Positions 55,263-64,000 of a stretch of DNA of 64,000 bases are shown here, piece after piece. Location: contig CAYRDC010000002.1 in NCBI GenBank assembly GCA_964422925.1, forward strand, positions 3,719-67,718. The letters run 5' to 3'. The position numbers and the translations under genes were made by a program. Under the pieces are notes generated by a model. The model was given only the letters and a program-made list of their open reading frames with translations, searched no databases and was not told the DNA's origin. Every line of letters starts with the position of its first letter. Within the stretch, counting starts at the first letter, position 1. Source of the DNA: an uncultured Chitinophagales bacterium (lineage in GTDB: Bacteria > Bacteroidota > Bacteroidia > Chitinophagales > S012-47).

Positions 55263-57662
55263 ATGGTGTTGGCAATAATGGTCATGGGCAGCCTGCGGGT
55301 TCGCGCCCAGGAAATCAGCGTGTATAACCTCAGCACCTTGCAGCCCATTGGCGGAGTAATGGTCTATACCACGGACGGGCGCATACAAACGGTTACCCGG
55401 CCCAATGGCAAAGCAGTGGTTGACGGCTTGCGCGACCAGGATACGCTGATCCTCCGGCATACTTCCTTTCACACCGAAAAGCTGCCCGGGTTCCTCGTCC
55501 GGAGGCTGAACTACGAGATTACCATGGTGCAACGCAAAATCAGACTGGAGGAAACCGTGGTAGCTGCTGATAAAATCCCCGAAAGCATCAAAAGCATTAC
55601 CAACAAAATGTCTGTGCTGCAGGCTGACGAAATTGCTTTCCAGAACCCTTCCACTTCCGCAGAATTGCTGTCCAACAGCGGAGAAGTGTACGTGCAAAAA
55701 AGCCAGATGGGCGGGGGCAGTCCGGTGATCCGGGGATTTGAAGCCAACAAAGTGCTGCTGGTGATGGATGGCATACGGCTCAACAATGCTATTTACCGGA
55801 GCGGCCACCTGCAGAATGTCATCACCATTGACCATGCATCGGTTGAGCGGACGGAAGTGGTTTTTGGACCGGGCAGCCTGATTTACGGCAGCGATGCCCT
55901 GGGCGGGGTCATACACTTTTTCATGCGGAGCCCGAGGCCTGATCCCGATGCCGAGCGGGACCTCACGGCTCATGTCAATGCTTTTACCCGTTTTGGCAGT
56001 GCCAACGGGGAAAAAACCGCCCATTTTGATTTTGAATTGAGCGGCCGGAGAGCCGGTTCCTGGACAAGCGTCACCTTTAGCGATTTCAGCGACCTGCGGG
56101 CCGGCAGCCACCGCGACCCGCGCTACCCGGATTTCGGCAAGCGGAACTATTACGTGGCTCCCGCTTTCGGCCCTTCCATCGATTCGGTGTATGTAAATCC
56201 CAACCCCGATGTACAGCTTTTTTCCGGCTACAGCCAGTGGAATTTTATCCAAAAGTTCCTGTTTAAACCCCAGGAAAACCTGTCGTATGCCCTGAATTTC
56301 TACTATGCCACTTCCTCGGATATTCCGCGCTACGACAAGCTGACCGATACCAAAAACGGATTGCCCAAATACGCTGACTGGCACTATGGCCCTCAACGCA
56401 GCCTGATCGGGTCCTTCCGGATGGATTACCGCCCGCGGTTCAACGCCTTTGATGAAGCCAGCCTGCTGGTGGCCTTCCAGCGGCTCGATGAAGATCGGAT
56501 CAGCCGGAAGTTTCAGTCGTCCTGGGAAATTCACCGCGAAGAAGACGTGTCAGTGCTGTCGCTGAACCTTGACCTGAACAAGCAAATCAAGCCGTCCGGC
56601 CGGTTGATTTATGGCGCGGAGCTTTACCGGAACGGGGTGGCTTCCACGGCTTTTTCATTCAATATCCTGGATTCCATCCGCGGGCCCGCTGCGACCCGCT
56701 ACCCGGATGGCGGAAGCGAGCTGTTCGGATCGGCCCTGTACGTAAAGTATAAACACTATTTCGGAGACCAGTGGATTGTCACCGGTGGCGCGCGGTATTC
56801 CTTTATCCTCATCAAAGCTTTGTTCAGGGATACCATGTTTTACCGGTTCCCCTTTGAGGAAATTTTTGTGGGAAACGGAGCCATGACCGGCAGCGCGGGG
56901 ATTATCTGGAACCCGAGCTCGTCCTGGAAAGCCACGGTAACCCTCTCTTCGGGTTTCAAGTCACCCAACATTGACGACCTGGGAAAAGTGTTTGAGAAAA
57001 ACGGCATTGTGGTGGTGCCAAACGATAACCTGAAACCGGAATATGCCTATAATGCCGAAGCAACGGTCAGCAAGGCTTTTGACGGGATTATTTCTGTTCA
57101 ATTCAGCGGATATTACACACGCCTGGTAGATGCCATTGTACGGCATGACTTTACCCTGAATGGAGCGGACACAGCCTGGTATGACGGGGACTATTATCCC
57201 GTGCAGGCCAATGTCAATGCCGGCAAAGCTTATATCTATGGCGGTTCCTTGGTGCTTACAGGAGATCTCGGAAGGAGCTTAAGCGTCCGGAGCAATATTA
57301 CCTATACGCGTGGTTGGGATGTAACCCATGACACCCCGATGGCCCATATCCCGCCTTTGTACGGGCAGGGCAGCCTGAAATACGTGCGGAAGAAATTCGT
57401 GGCCGAAGGATTTGTGCGTTTTAACGGCTGGAAACACGCAGAAAATTATTCACCTTCTTCGGAAGACAACCTGGACAAAGCCACCCCCGATGGAACACCT
57501 CCCTGGTATACCCTCAACCTGAGGACTGCTTACCAGGTGAATGAACAAATCAGCCTGCAGGCCGGCATTGAAAACCTGCTGGACCGGCATTACCGCCCCT
57601 TTTCTTCCGGCATATCCGCCCCGGGAAGGCTGATTTATTTTACGTTTCGCGTAGCCGTATAG
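55263..57662 (+). CDS. TonB-dependent receptor
   Basis: 799 aa from MVLAIMVMGSLRVRAQ. Plug motifs (GGGSPVIRGFEANKVLLVMDGIRLNN, YGSDALGGVIHF) and a C-terminal aromatic residue (FTFRVAV). The start is uncertain because the ORF is open from 54984. Confidence 0.9.
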   Translation: MVLAIMVMGSLRVRAQEISVYNLSTLQPIGGVMVYTTDGRIQTVTRPNGKAVVDGLRDQDTLILRHTSFHTEKLPGFLVRRLNYEITMVQRKIRLEETVVAADKIPESIKSITNKMSVLQADEIAFQNPSTSAELLSNSGEVYVQKSQMGGGSPVIRGFEANKVLLVMDGIRLNNAIYRSGHLQNVITIDHASVERTEVVFGPGSLIYGSDALGGVIHFFMRSPRPDPDAERDLTAHVNAFTRFGSANGEKTAHFDFELSGRRAGSWTSVTFSDFSDLRAGSHRDPRYPDFGKRNYYVAPAFGPSIDSVYVNPNPDVQLFSGYSQWNFIQKFLFKPQENLSYALNFYYATSSDIPRYDKLTDTKNGLPKYADWHYGPQRSLIGSFRMDYRPRFNAFDEASLLVAFQRLDEDRISRKFQSSWEIHREEDVSVLSLNLDLNKQIKPSGRLIYGAELYRNGVASTAFSFNILDSIRGPAATRYPDGGSELFGSALYVKYKHYFGDQWIVTGGARYSFILIKALFRDTMFYRFPFEEIFVGNGAMTGSAGIIWNPSSSWKATVTLSSGFKSPNIDDLGKVFEKNGIVVVPNDNLKPEYAYNAEATVSKAFDGIISVQFSGYYTRLVDAIVRHDFTLNGADTAWYDGDYYPVQANVNAGKAYIYGGSLVLTGDLGRSLSVRSNITYTRGWDVTHDTPMAHIPPLYGQGSLKYVRKKFVAEGFVRFNGWKHAENYSPSSEDNLDKATPDGTPPWYTLNLRTAYQVNEQISLQAGIENLLDRHYRPFSSGISAPGRLIYFTFRVAV

Positions 57663-57666
57663 CTTC

Positions 57667-58773
57667 TCAATCAATCCGGCAATAATAGATTTCCAGGTCA
57701 TGGCCGTCACTGCCGTGCCAGACCAGCTTGTTATCCTGGATGCAGGGGCATGCCTGGCTGAAATCGTACTGGCTGATCTGGAGTGTGTTTCCGGTGAGGG
57801 CATCGTACAGGCAGAGACGGGGCTTTGGCGGTGTCATGCAGATCCAGGCCACGTGCCGGTTTGACACGGCCGGGCGGATATCATCCGCATTGTTCCGGGC
57901 GATGGTATGGGAAGTCATGGAAGTAAAGTCAAAAAGCATCAAATCGAGCTGTCCCTGATTTTCCTGCTCCCAGGCCATGAGGCAATCGCTGAGCACTGGG
58001 TTGAAATCATCCTTGTCGTTATCGGTGAGCTGGTAAGTATTGCCGGTAAACCGGTCGTAGCAAAAGATTTCGCGGTCAGGGCCGGCCTGCGCGTGCCAGG
58101 CGATCCGATGCCCGTGGCTTATGGGCCGGCCGTTGTTTATTCCCGGGCAGCTGACGGTTTCCAGCCGGCCGGAATGGAGGTCAAAGGCCATTACCACAGT
58201 GTTTTTCCCGTCCCAGTCGTTGAAAGCCAGCATTTCGCTGCCCAGGCAGAAGGGCACGGCTTTCCCGGCCCGGAGGCGTATGCGGGAGGTAATTCCGTTT
58301 TCGAGGTTCATTACTTTCAGGTAAGCCGCTTCACCGGTTTCCTCATTCCATGCGAGGAATTGTTCGTTTACCTGCGGGTAACCGGGCAGATTTCCGGAAA
58401 CCGGTATCCGATAAACGGTTTCCCGGTTGAGACGCCAGAGCCAGATGGCCTGTTTTTCCCCTCGTTTTCCCTTCCAGGCTACATAATTTCCCGAATGGCA
58501 CCATGGCCTGAAAGATTCTTTCCTTTTCAGCTTGTTTTCCAGGAAAATGGTGGTGTCCCTCGCTTTGAGGGTACCCGACCGGTCTTGCCAGACGATCCAT
58601 TTGCCGGACAATACCGGGTCCAGGTCGTCCACTTCATTGTCAGTAAGCTGTTTGATGTTTAAATGTATGGGCAGGGGGGTGTTGGAACCGCTCAACAGGG
58701 CAGTTAACAGGAAAGCAAATATCGCATACCGAAACATCCGGATTGGCCCGTTTTGCGGATGGGGCCGTTGCAC
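57667..58773 (-). CDS. Secreted repeat protein, probable 8-bladed beta-propeller
   Basis: 368 aa. Signal peptide after Met13 (MFRYAIFAFLLTALLSG). Eight ~40-45 aa repeats of the pattern P-x-[VIC]-x(3,4)-[VIL]-[AV]-W ... [ILF]-x-x-[YFL]-[DN], for example DPVLSGKWIVW, NPVLSDCLMAW, RPAVSNRHVAW. Confidence 0.6.
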   Translation of the reverse strand: MQRPHPQNGPIRMFRYAIFAFLLTALLSGSNTPLPIHLNIKQLTDNEVDDLDPVLSGKWIVWQDRSGTLKARDTTIFLENKLKRKESFRPWCHSGNYVAWKGKRGEKQAIWLWRLNRETVYRIPVSGNLPGYPQVNEQFLAWNEETGEAAYLKVMNLENGITSRIRLRAGKAVPFCLGSEMLAFNDWDGKNTVVMAFDLHSGRLETVSCPGINNGRPISHGHRIAWHAQAGPDREIFCYDRFTGNTYQLTDNDKDDFNPVLSDCLMAWEQENQGQLDLMLFDFTSMTSHTIARNNADDIRPAVSNRHVAWICMTPPKPRLCLYDALTGNTLQISQYDFSQACPCIQDNKLVWHGSDGHDLEIYYCRID

Positions 58774-58807
58774 AATGTAACATTTCGGCTCTGAAAATGC
58801 AAATCGT

Positions 58808-59575
58808 TTATCCGGTCAGGAAGCGGTGTACGGCCTCGTAGAACCGGTCAGGTGCTTCGGCATGCACCCAGTGGCCCGCGCCTGGAATGGTCACAAAACG
58901 GGCTTGCGGGAACATGGCGAGAATATCCGGTTCGTCCCCGGGAGCTATGTAAGGCGATAATTCGCCCCGCAGGAACAGAGCCGGGCGGTCGAACGGCCAG
59001 TCGGCTTCGACAGGGCGCAGGATTTTTTCATAGCCATCGTACAGCGCCCGGAGATTATGGCGCCAAACCCACCGGCCCGTGCCGTCCTTTTTCAGGTTTT
59101 TCAGCAGGAATTGCCGGATGGCAAAGGAAGGAATAATGGGTTTCATCTGCTCTTCCGCATCCGCGCGGGTTTTGATTTTTTCCAGGTCGACAGCGAACAT
59201 GGCCCGGAATACGTCATCATGTCCGCGCAGGTAGGCTTTGGGAGCAATATCCACGACTATGAGTTTGCGCACCAGGGCCGGGTATTGCAGGGCGTAAGCC
59301 ATGGCTACTTTGCCCCCCATGGAATGTCCGAGCAGGTAAAATGCATCCAGGCCATGGTCGTCAGCAAACTGGCAGAGATCCTCCACCATGGCTTCTATGC
59401 TGACATCCGGATCATGGGGTGAACGGCCGTGATTCCGTAAATCCAGCGTGATAACGCGCCAGTGGACTGAAAACCTGCGGGCGAGGGTTTGCCAGTTGTC
59501 CAGGCTCCCAAACAGTCCGTGCAAAATCACCAGGGCCGGGCTGCCATTGCCAAATTCTTTATAATTGAGTTTCAT
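58808..59575 (-). CDS. Alpha/beta hydrolase (YbfF-like esterase)
   Basis: 255 aa. HGLFGS oxyanion region, nucleophile elbow GHSMGG, and C-terminal GHWVH. Confidence 0.88.
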   Translation of the reverse strand: MKLNYKEFGNGSPALVILHGLFGSLDNWQTLARRFSVHWRVITLDLRNHGRSPHDPDVSIEAMVEDLCQFADDHGLDAFYLLGHSMGGKVAMAYALQYPALVRKLIVVDIAPKAYLRGHDDVFRAMFAVDLEKIKTRADAEEQMKPIIPSFAIRQFLLKNLKKDGTGRWVWRHNLRALYDGYEKILRPVEADWPFDRPALFLRGELSPYIAPGDEPDILAMFPQARFVTIPGAGHWVHAEAPDRFYEAVHRFLTG

Positions 59576-59607
59576 AGTTGTTCGCTTAACTTTAATTTAG
59601 CCCGCCT

Positions 59608-60753
59608 ATGGCAAACCAAATCCTTGACAAGCACAACGAATGGCCAGCATACGCCAAAATTACAATAATCCTGCTGGGCGTTTACCTGGTGATTTACGGG
59701 CTGAAAGTGGCAGCCGGGCTGCTGATTCCGCTGGCTTTTGCCACCCTGCTGGCCCTGCTGCTGTACCCGGTGGTAAAATGGATGGAACGGAAAAGGATTC
59801 CCCGGGCCATTGCCATCATCGCCAGCATGGTATTGATGATCCTGGTCCTGACCGTAGTGCTGCTGATCATTACCAGCGAGATGATCGGTTTTTCGGATGA
59901 AATCCCGGAAATCACCCAGCGGCTGGAAGGGCAGGTGTACGCGCTTCAGGCGTTTATTGAAAGGTATTTCAGTGTATCGCCCCAGCTGCAGATGGATTGG
60001 TTAAGCCGGAGTATGAATACCATGCTCCAGAGCAGCGGAAGCTATTTCTCGACCCTGGTGCAGGGCGTCAGCGGGTTCCTGACCAAACTCGGCCTGATCC
60101 CTGTGTACATGTTCTTTATCCTGTATTACCGCGACATTTTCAAAGAGTTTTTCTTCCGGATCAGCCCGAAGGAAAAGCATGAAAAAGTGGCCGTTATCCT
60201 GACCAATGTGCAGAAGGTGATCCAGAATTACCTGGTGGGCTTGTTTACGGTGATCCTTATTATTGCCGTCCTGAATAGTACGGCCCTGCTGATAATCGGG
60301 GTGCGGCACGCGCTGTTTTTCGGCATTTTTGCCGCCATCCTGACCATTATTCCCTATATCGGAGTGTTTATCGGATCCTGGCTGCCCACACTATACGCCC
60401 TGGCCATGTACGATTCCATTTGGGTGGCCGCGGCTGTTATCGGGAGTTTTACGGCCATACAGTCGCTGGAGGGGAATTTCATCACTCCGAATATCGTAGG
60501 CTCAAAAGTCAGCATCAACCCGCTGGTAGCCATCGTGGCGCTGCTCACGGGAGCGATGATCTGGGGTATATCGGGCATGATAATGTTTGTACCATTTATT
60601 GCCATGCTCAAGGTGATTTTTGATCATATCGAACCGCTGAAACCATTTGGTCTGGTGCTGGGCACCGACAAGAAAAACCTCACCTTTCCGCAGATCCTGC
60701 AGAAGATGGACCTGCGGAATCTTGTGAAAAAGAAGAAAAACGGGTTAGAATAA
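59608..60753 (+). CDS. AI-2E family transporter (PerM/YhhT-like permease)
   Basis: 381 aa, about 8 TM. Motifs typical of the UPF0118 family include PYIG..IG and EGNFITPNIVG. Confidence 0.85.
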   Translation: MANQILDKHNEWPAYAKITIILLGVYLVIYGLKVAAGLLIPLAFATLLALLLYPVVKWMERKRIPRAIAIIASMVLMILVLTVVLLIITSEMIGFSDEIPEITQRLEGQVYALQAFIERYFSVSPQLQMDWLSRSMNTMLQSSGSYFSTLVQGVSGFLTKLGLIPVYMFFILYYRDIFKEFFFRISPKEKHEKVAVILTNVQKVIQNYLVGLFTVILIIAVLNSTALLIIGVRHALFFGIFAAILTIIPYIGVFIGSWLPTLYALAMYDSIWVAAAVIGSFTAIQSLEGNFITPNIVGSKVSINPLVAIVALLTGAMIWGISGMIMFVPFIAMLKVIFDHIEPLKPFGLVLGTDKKNLTFPQILQKMDLRNLVKKKKNGLE

Positions 60754-61578
60754 ACAGCAAAAAGCGTCCTCATCGGGAATGCCCGCCTGCCGGCATAGCC
60801 ATGCCATGTCTGGTTGTTTTTTAAAGAGCCCGTAAACCGCTGAACCGCTGCCGCTCAGGGACGCGTACACCGCACCGTTTTCCAGGAGGCTTTCTTTCAG
60901 GCGGACAGTTTCCGGCCATTTTTTAAAAACAGGCTCTTCGAAATCATTGACCAGCGTTCCGGGCCATTGGTCAACCGGCAAACGCAGGGTTTCTTCCAGG
61001 GGATCCCGGTCAGGCTGTGGCGTGGCCAGCGCGTAGGCTTCCAGGGTTGAAATCCGGATACCCGGAAACAGGATAACGAGCCAATATCCCCGAAGAGACA
61101 GGTCATAGGGCCGAAGCATGACGCCCCTTCCGCTGGCTATGGCCGGTTTGTTCCGGATAAAGAAGGGGCAGTCGCTGCCCAGCCGGGAAGCCATTTCCAG
61201 GAGCTTGCTTTCAGTCAGACGGGTATCAAATAATTCGTTTAAAAGCAACAGCACGGTAGCCGCGTTGGAAGAGCCGCCACCCAGGCCCGCTCCGGAGGGC
61301 AGGTGTTTCCAGAGCCCGAGTTTTACGGGGCCTTTTCCGGTTTCCTGGCGGAACAGATCCCAGGCTTTTACGCAAAGATTTTCTTCCGGCTTTCCGCCAA
61401 CAAGCCGCCCCCAGGTTTGAAAAGAAAAACTTTCAGCAGGAATGGCTTCCACCACATCCGCCCAAGGTACGGGAAACAATAAGGTTTCAATGTGGTGGTA
61501 CCCGTCATCCCGCCTGCTCAGAATGTGCAGCCCGAGGTTGATTTTGCATCCTGCCATTCGAATCATGGGTTCATCCAA
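60745..61578 (-). CDS. ispE: 4-(cytidine 5'-diphospho)-2-C-methyl-D-erythritol kinase
   Basis: 277 aa. KINLGLHI, the GHMP motif LPSGAGLGGGSSNAA, and SGSGSA. Confidence 0.92.
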   Translation of the reverse strand: MDEPMIRMAGCKINLGLHILSRRDDGYHHIETLLFPVPWADVVEAIPAESFSFQTWGRLVGGKPEENLCVKAWDLFRQETGKGPVKLGLWKHLPSGAGLGGGSSNAATVLLLLNELFDTRLTESKLLEMASRLGSDCPFFIRNKPAIASGRGVMLRPYDLSLRGYWLVILFPGIRISTLEAYALATPQPDRDPLEETLRLPVDQWPGTLVNDFEEPVFKKWPETVRLKESLLENGAVYASLSGSGSAVYGLFKKQPDMAWLCRQAGIPDEDAFCCLF

Positions 61579-62530
61579 GTTTGCTGCGCTTGATCAGGTA
61601 GGGAAGTAGCACCTGCCGGAAATCCAGGTTAATGTCCGCGGGTACAAAATCAATTCCGTACTGGGAACATTTCAGCTTCAGGGCTTGCTCAAATTCCCTG
61701 GCCTGTTCGGTGTACTGCCGCTTTACCTCCTGCGACCTGACCTTGATTTTTTCACCGGTTTCCAGATCAACAAATAAATATGGCCGGTTGTCATACAGGA
61801 AATCCAGCTCTTTTTTCCGGTCGATTACATGAAACAGGATGACCTCATGCTTGTTATATTTCAGATGCTGCAGGGCGGAAAACAAGTGTTCCATCTGCCC
61901 GGTGCCGTTATCAAACATATCGCTGAAAATGACCACCAGGGAGCGTTTATGAATGTTCTCGGCAATCTCGTGCAGGGCGGCTGAAGCATGGGTGGGTTTT
62001 TCTTCTGGTCCGGCCTCCATGGCTTTGTTCAGGTAGGCCAGCATGAGTTCATAGTGGATGCTGGTGGAGCGGGTATGGGTATGCACCTCCACGCGGTCGG
62101 AAAACAGCGAAAGGCCGAAGGCATCGCGTTGTTTTTTCAGCAGGTACATTAGGGAAGCCGCACAGACGATGGAAAAATTCAGCTTATTGACAGGCACCGT
62201 GCTCCCTTTCCCGGCATCGAGCGGGAAATGCATGGACGCGGAGGTGTCGATTACGAGCTGGCAGCGCAGATTGGTTTCTTCCTCATATTTTTTGACATAC
62301 ATCCGGTCGGTGCGGGCGTACACTTTCCAGTCAATGCTCCGGATGGGCTCCCCGGGGTTATAGAGGCGGTGTTCGGCAAATTCCACGGAGAAGCCGTGGA
62401 ACGGGCTTTTGTGCAAACCGATGATGAACCCTTCCACTACCTGGCGGGCGATCAGGTCGAGCTGATCGAGCTGATGCAGGTCTTTGAGCGATACCGGATT
62501 TTGTAGGGTCATAGGATGCAAAGTAAACAA
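61571..62530 (-). CDS. DUF58 domain protein (vWA-like, MoxR-system associated family)
   Basis: 319 aa. Sequence SPFHGFSVEFAEHRLYNPGEPIRSIDWKVYARTDRMYVKKYEEE and DTSASM (MIDAS-like). Confidence 0.85.
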   Translation of the reverse strand: MFTLHPMTLQNPVSLKDLHQLDQLDLIARQVVEGFIIGLHKSPFHGFSVEFAEHRLYNPGEPIRSIDWKVYARTDRMYVKKYEEETNLRCQLVIDTSASMHFPLDAGKGSTVPVNKLNFSIVCAASLMYLLKKQRDAFGLSLFSDRVEVHTHTRSTSIHYELMLAYLNKAMEAGPEEKPTHASAALHEIAENIHKRSLVVIFSDMFDNGTGQMEHLFSALQHLKYNKHEVILFHVIDRKKELDFLYDNRPYLFVDLETGEKIKVRSQEVKRQYTEQAREFEQALKLKCSQYGIDFVPADINLDFRQVLLPYLIKRSKLG

Positions 62531-62609
62531 ATGCGGGAATGAAACGGAGCAGAGGGGGTGGTTTATTGTCGGTTACCGCCATCCAGGGTGATCTGTGGGC
62601 ATAAAATAG

Positions 62610-62628
62610 CCTTCCCAGGGCGGGAAGG
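62610..62628 (-). terminator. Terminator hairpin downstream of trxA
   Basis: CCTTCCC-AGGGC-GGGAAGG. On the minus strand it is followed by CUAUUUUAUG. Confidence 0.55.
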
Positions 62629-62654
62629 CGTGTGTCATACACTTGCGTATTTCT

Positions 62655-62975
62655 TTACGACAAATGCTGCTCGATTTTCTTTTCCAGCACGGACCTGGGT
62701 ACCGCACCCACTTGCTTGTCAACCACTTCTCCGTTTTTGAAAAAGAGGATAGTGGGAATGTTGCGGATGCCAAAATCGATTGCAGTTTTAGGGTTATGGT
62801 CCACATCCAGCTTGCCTACTTTGATTTTACCTTCATAATCCCTGGCCAGTTCTTCTACAATTGGCCCGACAATACGGCAGGGGCCGCACCAAACTGCCCA
62901 AAAGTCAACCATTACGAGTTGATCCGAATCCAGGACTTCGGTTTTGAAATTACTATCAGTTAATTCCAGCGCCAT
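62655..62975 (-). CDS. trxA: Thioredoxin
   Basis: 106 aa with the WCGPC active site (FWAVWCGPCR). Confidence 0.96.
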   Translation of the reverse strand: MALELTDSNFKTEVLDSDQLVMVDFWAVWCGPCRIVGPIVEELARDYEGKIKVGKLDVDHNPKTAIDFGIRNIPTILFFKNGEVVDKQVGAVPRSVLEKKIEQHLS

Positions 62976-63044
62976 TTTCAGTGGTTTTAATGATTTATAA
63001 ACACGTATCTAATCAAACGCAATCGCAAAGTTATAGTTCCCGGT

Positions 63045-64000
63045 TTATTGAACAAGCGTTACTTCCACACCTTCCAGGTTTTCCAGTTCACGGAGCAGGT
63101 CATCATCCAGGTCCACCTTAAAATGATTCGAACTCATTAAGACGGACACATTGTCTTCCGGATCATAGATGTTGAACAGGATGGACATTTTGCCTTTGTG
63201 GGATTTTACCAGTTTGGCCAGCCGGTTATTGATTTCATCGTTTACCTGCTTAAGGGGAATCGTCAGGTTTATGGAACGGGTTCTGGTGTGTTTTAGGGTT
63301 TCCAGAGGTAATAATTCGGTGATGTTGAATTGCAGCGTGTCATTGTCGCGGCTCCAGGGTTTATAGATGCCTTTCACAAATAGCGCGGTGCCTTTGGACA
63401 GTAAATGCCTTTTTTCCAGGTAATTTTCGCGGAACAGGGCCAGGTTGATACTTCCGGTATGGTCTTCCAGGCGGAAGCGGGCGAATTTCCGGCCTCTTTT
63501 ATCCATTCGTTCCACCACTTCGTCCACGATACCGGCAAAGGTATAGGTAATCCCGGCTTTGACCTGTATTTCTCCAATGGTGTGGGTACAGAAAGAGCGG
63601 AGCTCCAGTTCATATTCTTCGAGCGGATTGCCGGAAATATACATCCCGGTAACCTCCTTCTCGTGCTGCAGGAGCTTGCGCTTGGGCCAGGGTTCGCATT
63701 TCGGAATGGGCGGTGTGGTTACCGTTGCCATTTCCATATCCCCGAACAGGCTGTTGGTATTGATTTGTTTTTGCTGCTGGTAAAGCTGCCCGAAACGGAT
63801 GGATTGTTCAATCAGGTTCAGCTTCTCACCGTTACCAGTGAATAAAAACTGTGAGCGGTAAATGCCAAACACATCAAAAGCGCCTGCCATGCACAGGCTT
63901 TCCAGGCATTTTTTGTTAATGGTGCGCAGGTTTACCCGCTGCACAAAATCGAAATAATCGCGAAAGGGGCCTTTTTTTTCGCGTTCGGCCAGGATGCTCT
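63045..64000 (-). CDS. dnaE: DNA polymerase III alpha subunit, C-terminal part (continues beyond the window)
   Basis: The frame is open to nt 64000 (…ILAEREKKGPFRDYFDFVQRVNLRTINKKCLESL…). It shows an HhH/beta-binding region and a C-terminal OB-fold-like segment typical of DnaE. Confidence 0.88.
   Translation of the reverse strand, partial: SILAEREKKGPFRDYFDFVQRVNLRTINKKCLESLCMAGAFDVFGIYRSQFLFTGNGEKLNLIEQSIRFGQLYQQQKQINTNSLFGDMEMATVTTPPIPKCEPWPKRKLLQHEKEVTGMYISGNPLEEYELELRSFCTHTIGEIQVKAGITYTFAGIVDEVVERMDKRGRKFARFRLEDHTGSINLALFRENYLEKRHLLSKGTALFVKGIYKPWSRDNDTLQFNITELLPLETLKHTRTRSINLTIPLKQVNDEINNRLAKLVKSHKGKMSILFNIYDPEDNVSVLMSSNHFKVDLDDDLLRELENLEGVEVTLVQ

Noticed and set aside
55101-56534. 477-aa ORF antisense to the TonB-dependent receptor
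   Set aside because: Antisense frame of a GC-rich gene with no recognisable motifs. The + strand receptor is well supported.
1-64000. CRISPR arrays, rRNA genes, integrases, transposases, IS elements and prophage genes
   Set aside because: None were recognised on either strand. The only repeated sequences found are the tRNA-Val-derived segments and the short hairpin modules around 50.3-50.9 kb.

Overview
This looks like a Bacteroidota chromosomal segment. The evidence is T9SS-type cargo, TonB-dependent receptors, TAnnTTTG promoter boxes, and a dcw cluster lacking murF, ddl and murB. All calls come from motif and synteny recognition by eye; no database search was run. Most of the window is GC-rich housekeeping DNA:
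- gap-pgk (15.7-17.9 kb)
- a complete, tightly packed dcw cluster, mraZ-rsmH-ftsL-ftsI-murE-mraY-murD-ftsW-murG-murC-ftsQ-ftsA-ftsZ (18.1-33.3 kb)
- lpdA, a lolA-like gene and ftsK
- pruA, acetoacetyl-CoA synthetase, surE and lpxB
- an AsmA-like protein, an orphan histidine kinase and a TonB-dependent receptor
- ispE, a DUF58 gene, trxA and the 3' end of dnaE

Three parts are less ordinary.
1. An AT-rich mosaic accessory stretch (about 4.9-15.5 kb) lies between a giant C25 peptidase T9SS cargo gene and tRNA-Glu. It holds an FNR-like regulator followed by a cytochrome c / porin / cytochrome c operon. It also holds a GT2, an extradiol dioxygenase, an epimerase, a methyltransferase, hicAB and a frameshifted mrr.
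2. A clear TPP riboswitch on the minus strand (about 36981-37075) drives a TonB-dependent receptor plus MFS permease operon. A PnuC homolog sits just outside its control.
3. A small tRNA islet (49.5-51.0 kb) starts with tRNA-Ala, followed by a long hairpin and an AT-rich P-loop kinase gene. Beyond these, tRNA-Val is followed directly by an 84-aa GIY-YIG ORF. That ORF is bracketed by a second, hairpin-disrupted copy of the tRNA-Val 3' half. Upstream is a promoter-proximal tRNA-Val-derived structured element.

No CRISPR array, integrase, transposase or rRNA was seen. Many long ORFs in the track are antisense or alternate-frame artefacts of GC-rich coding DNA.
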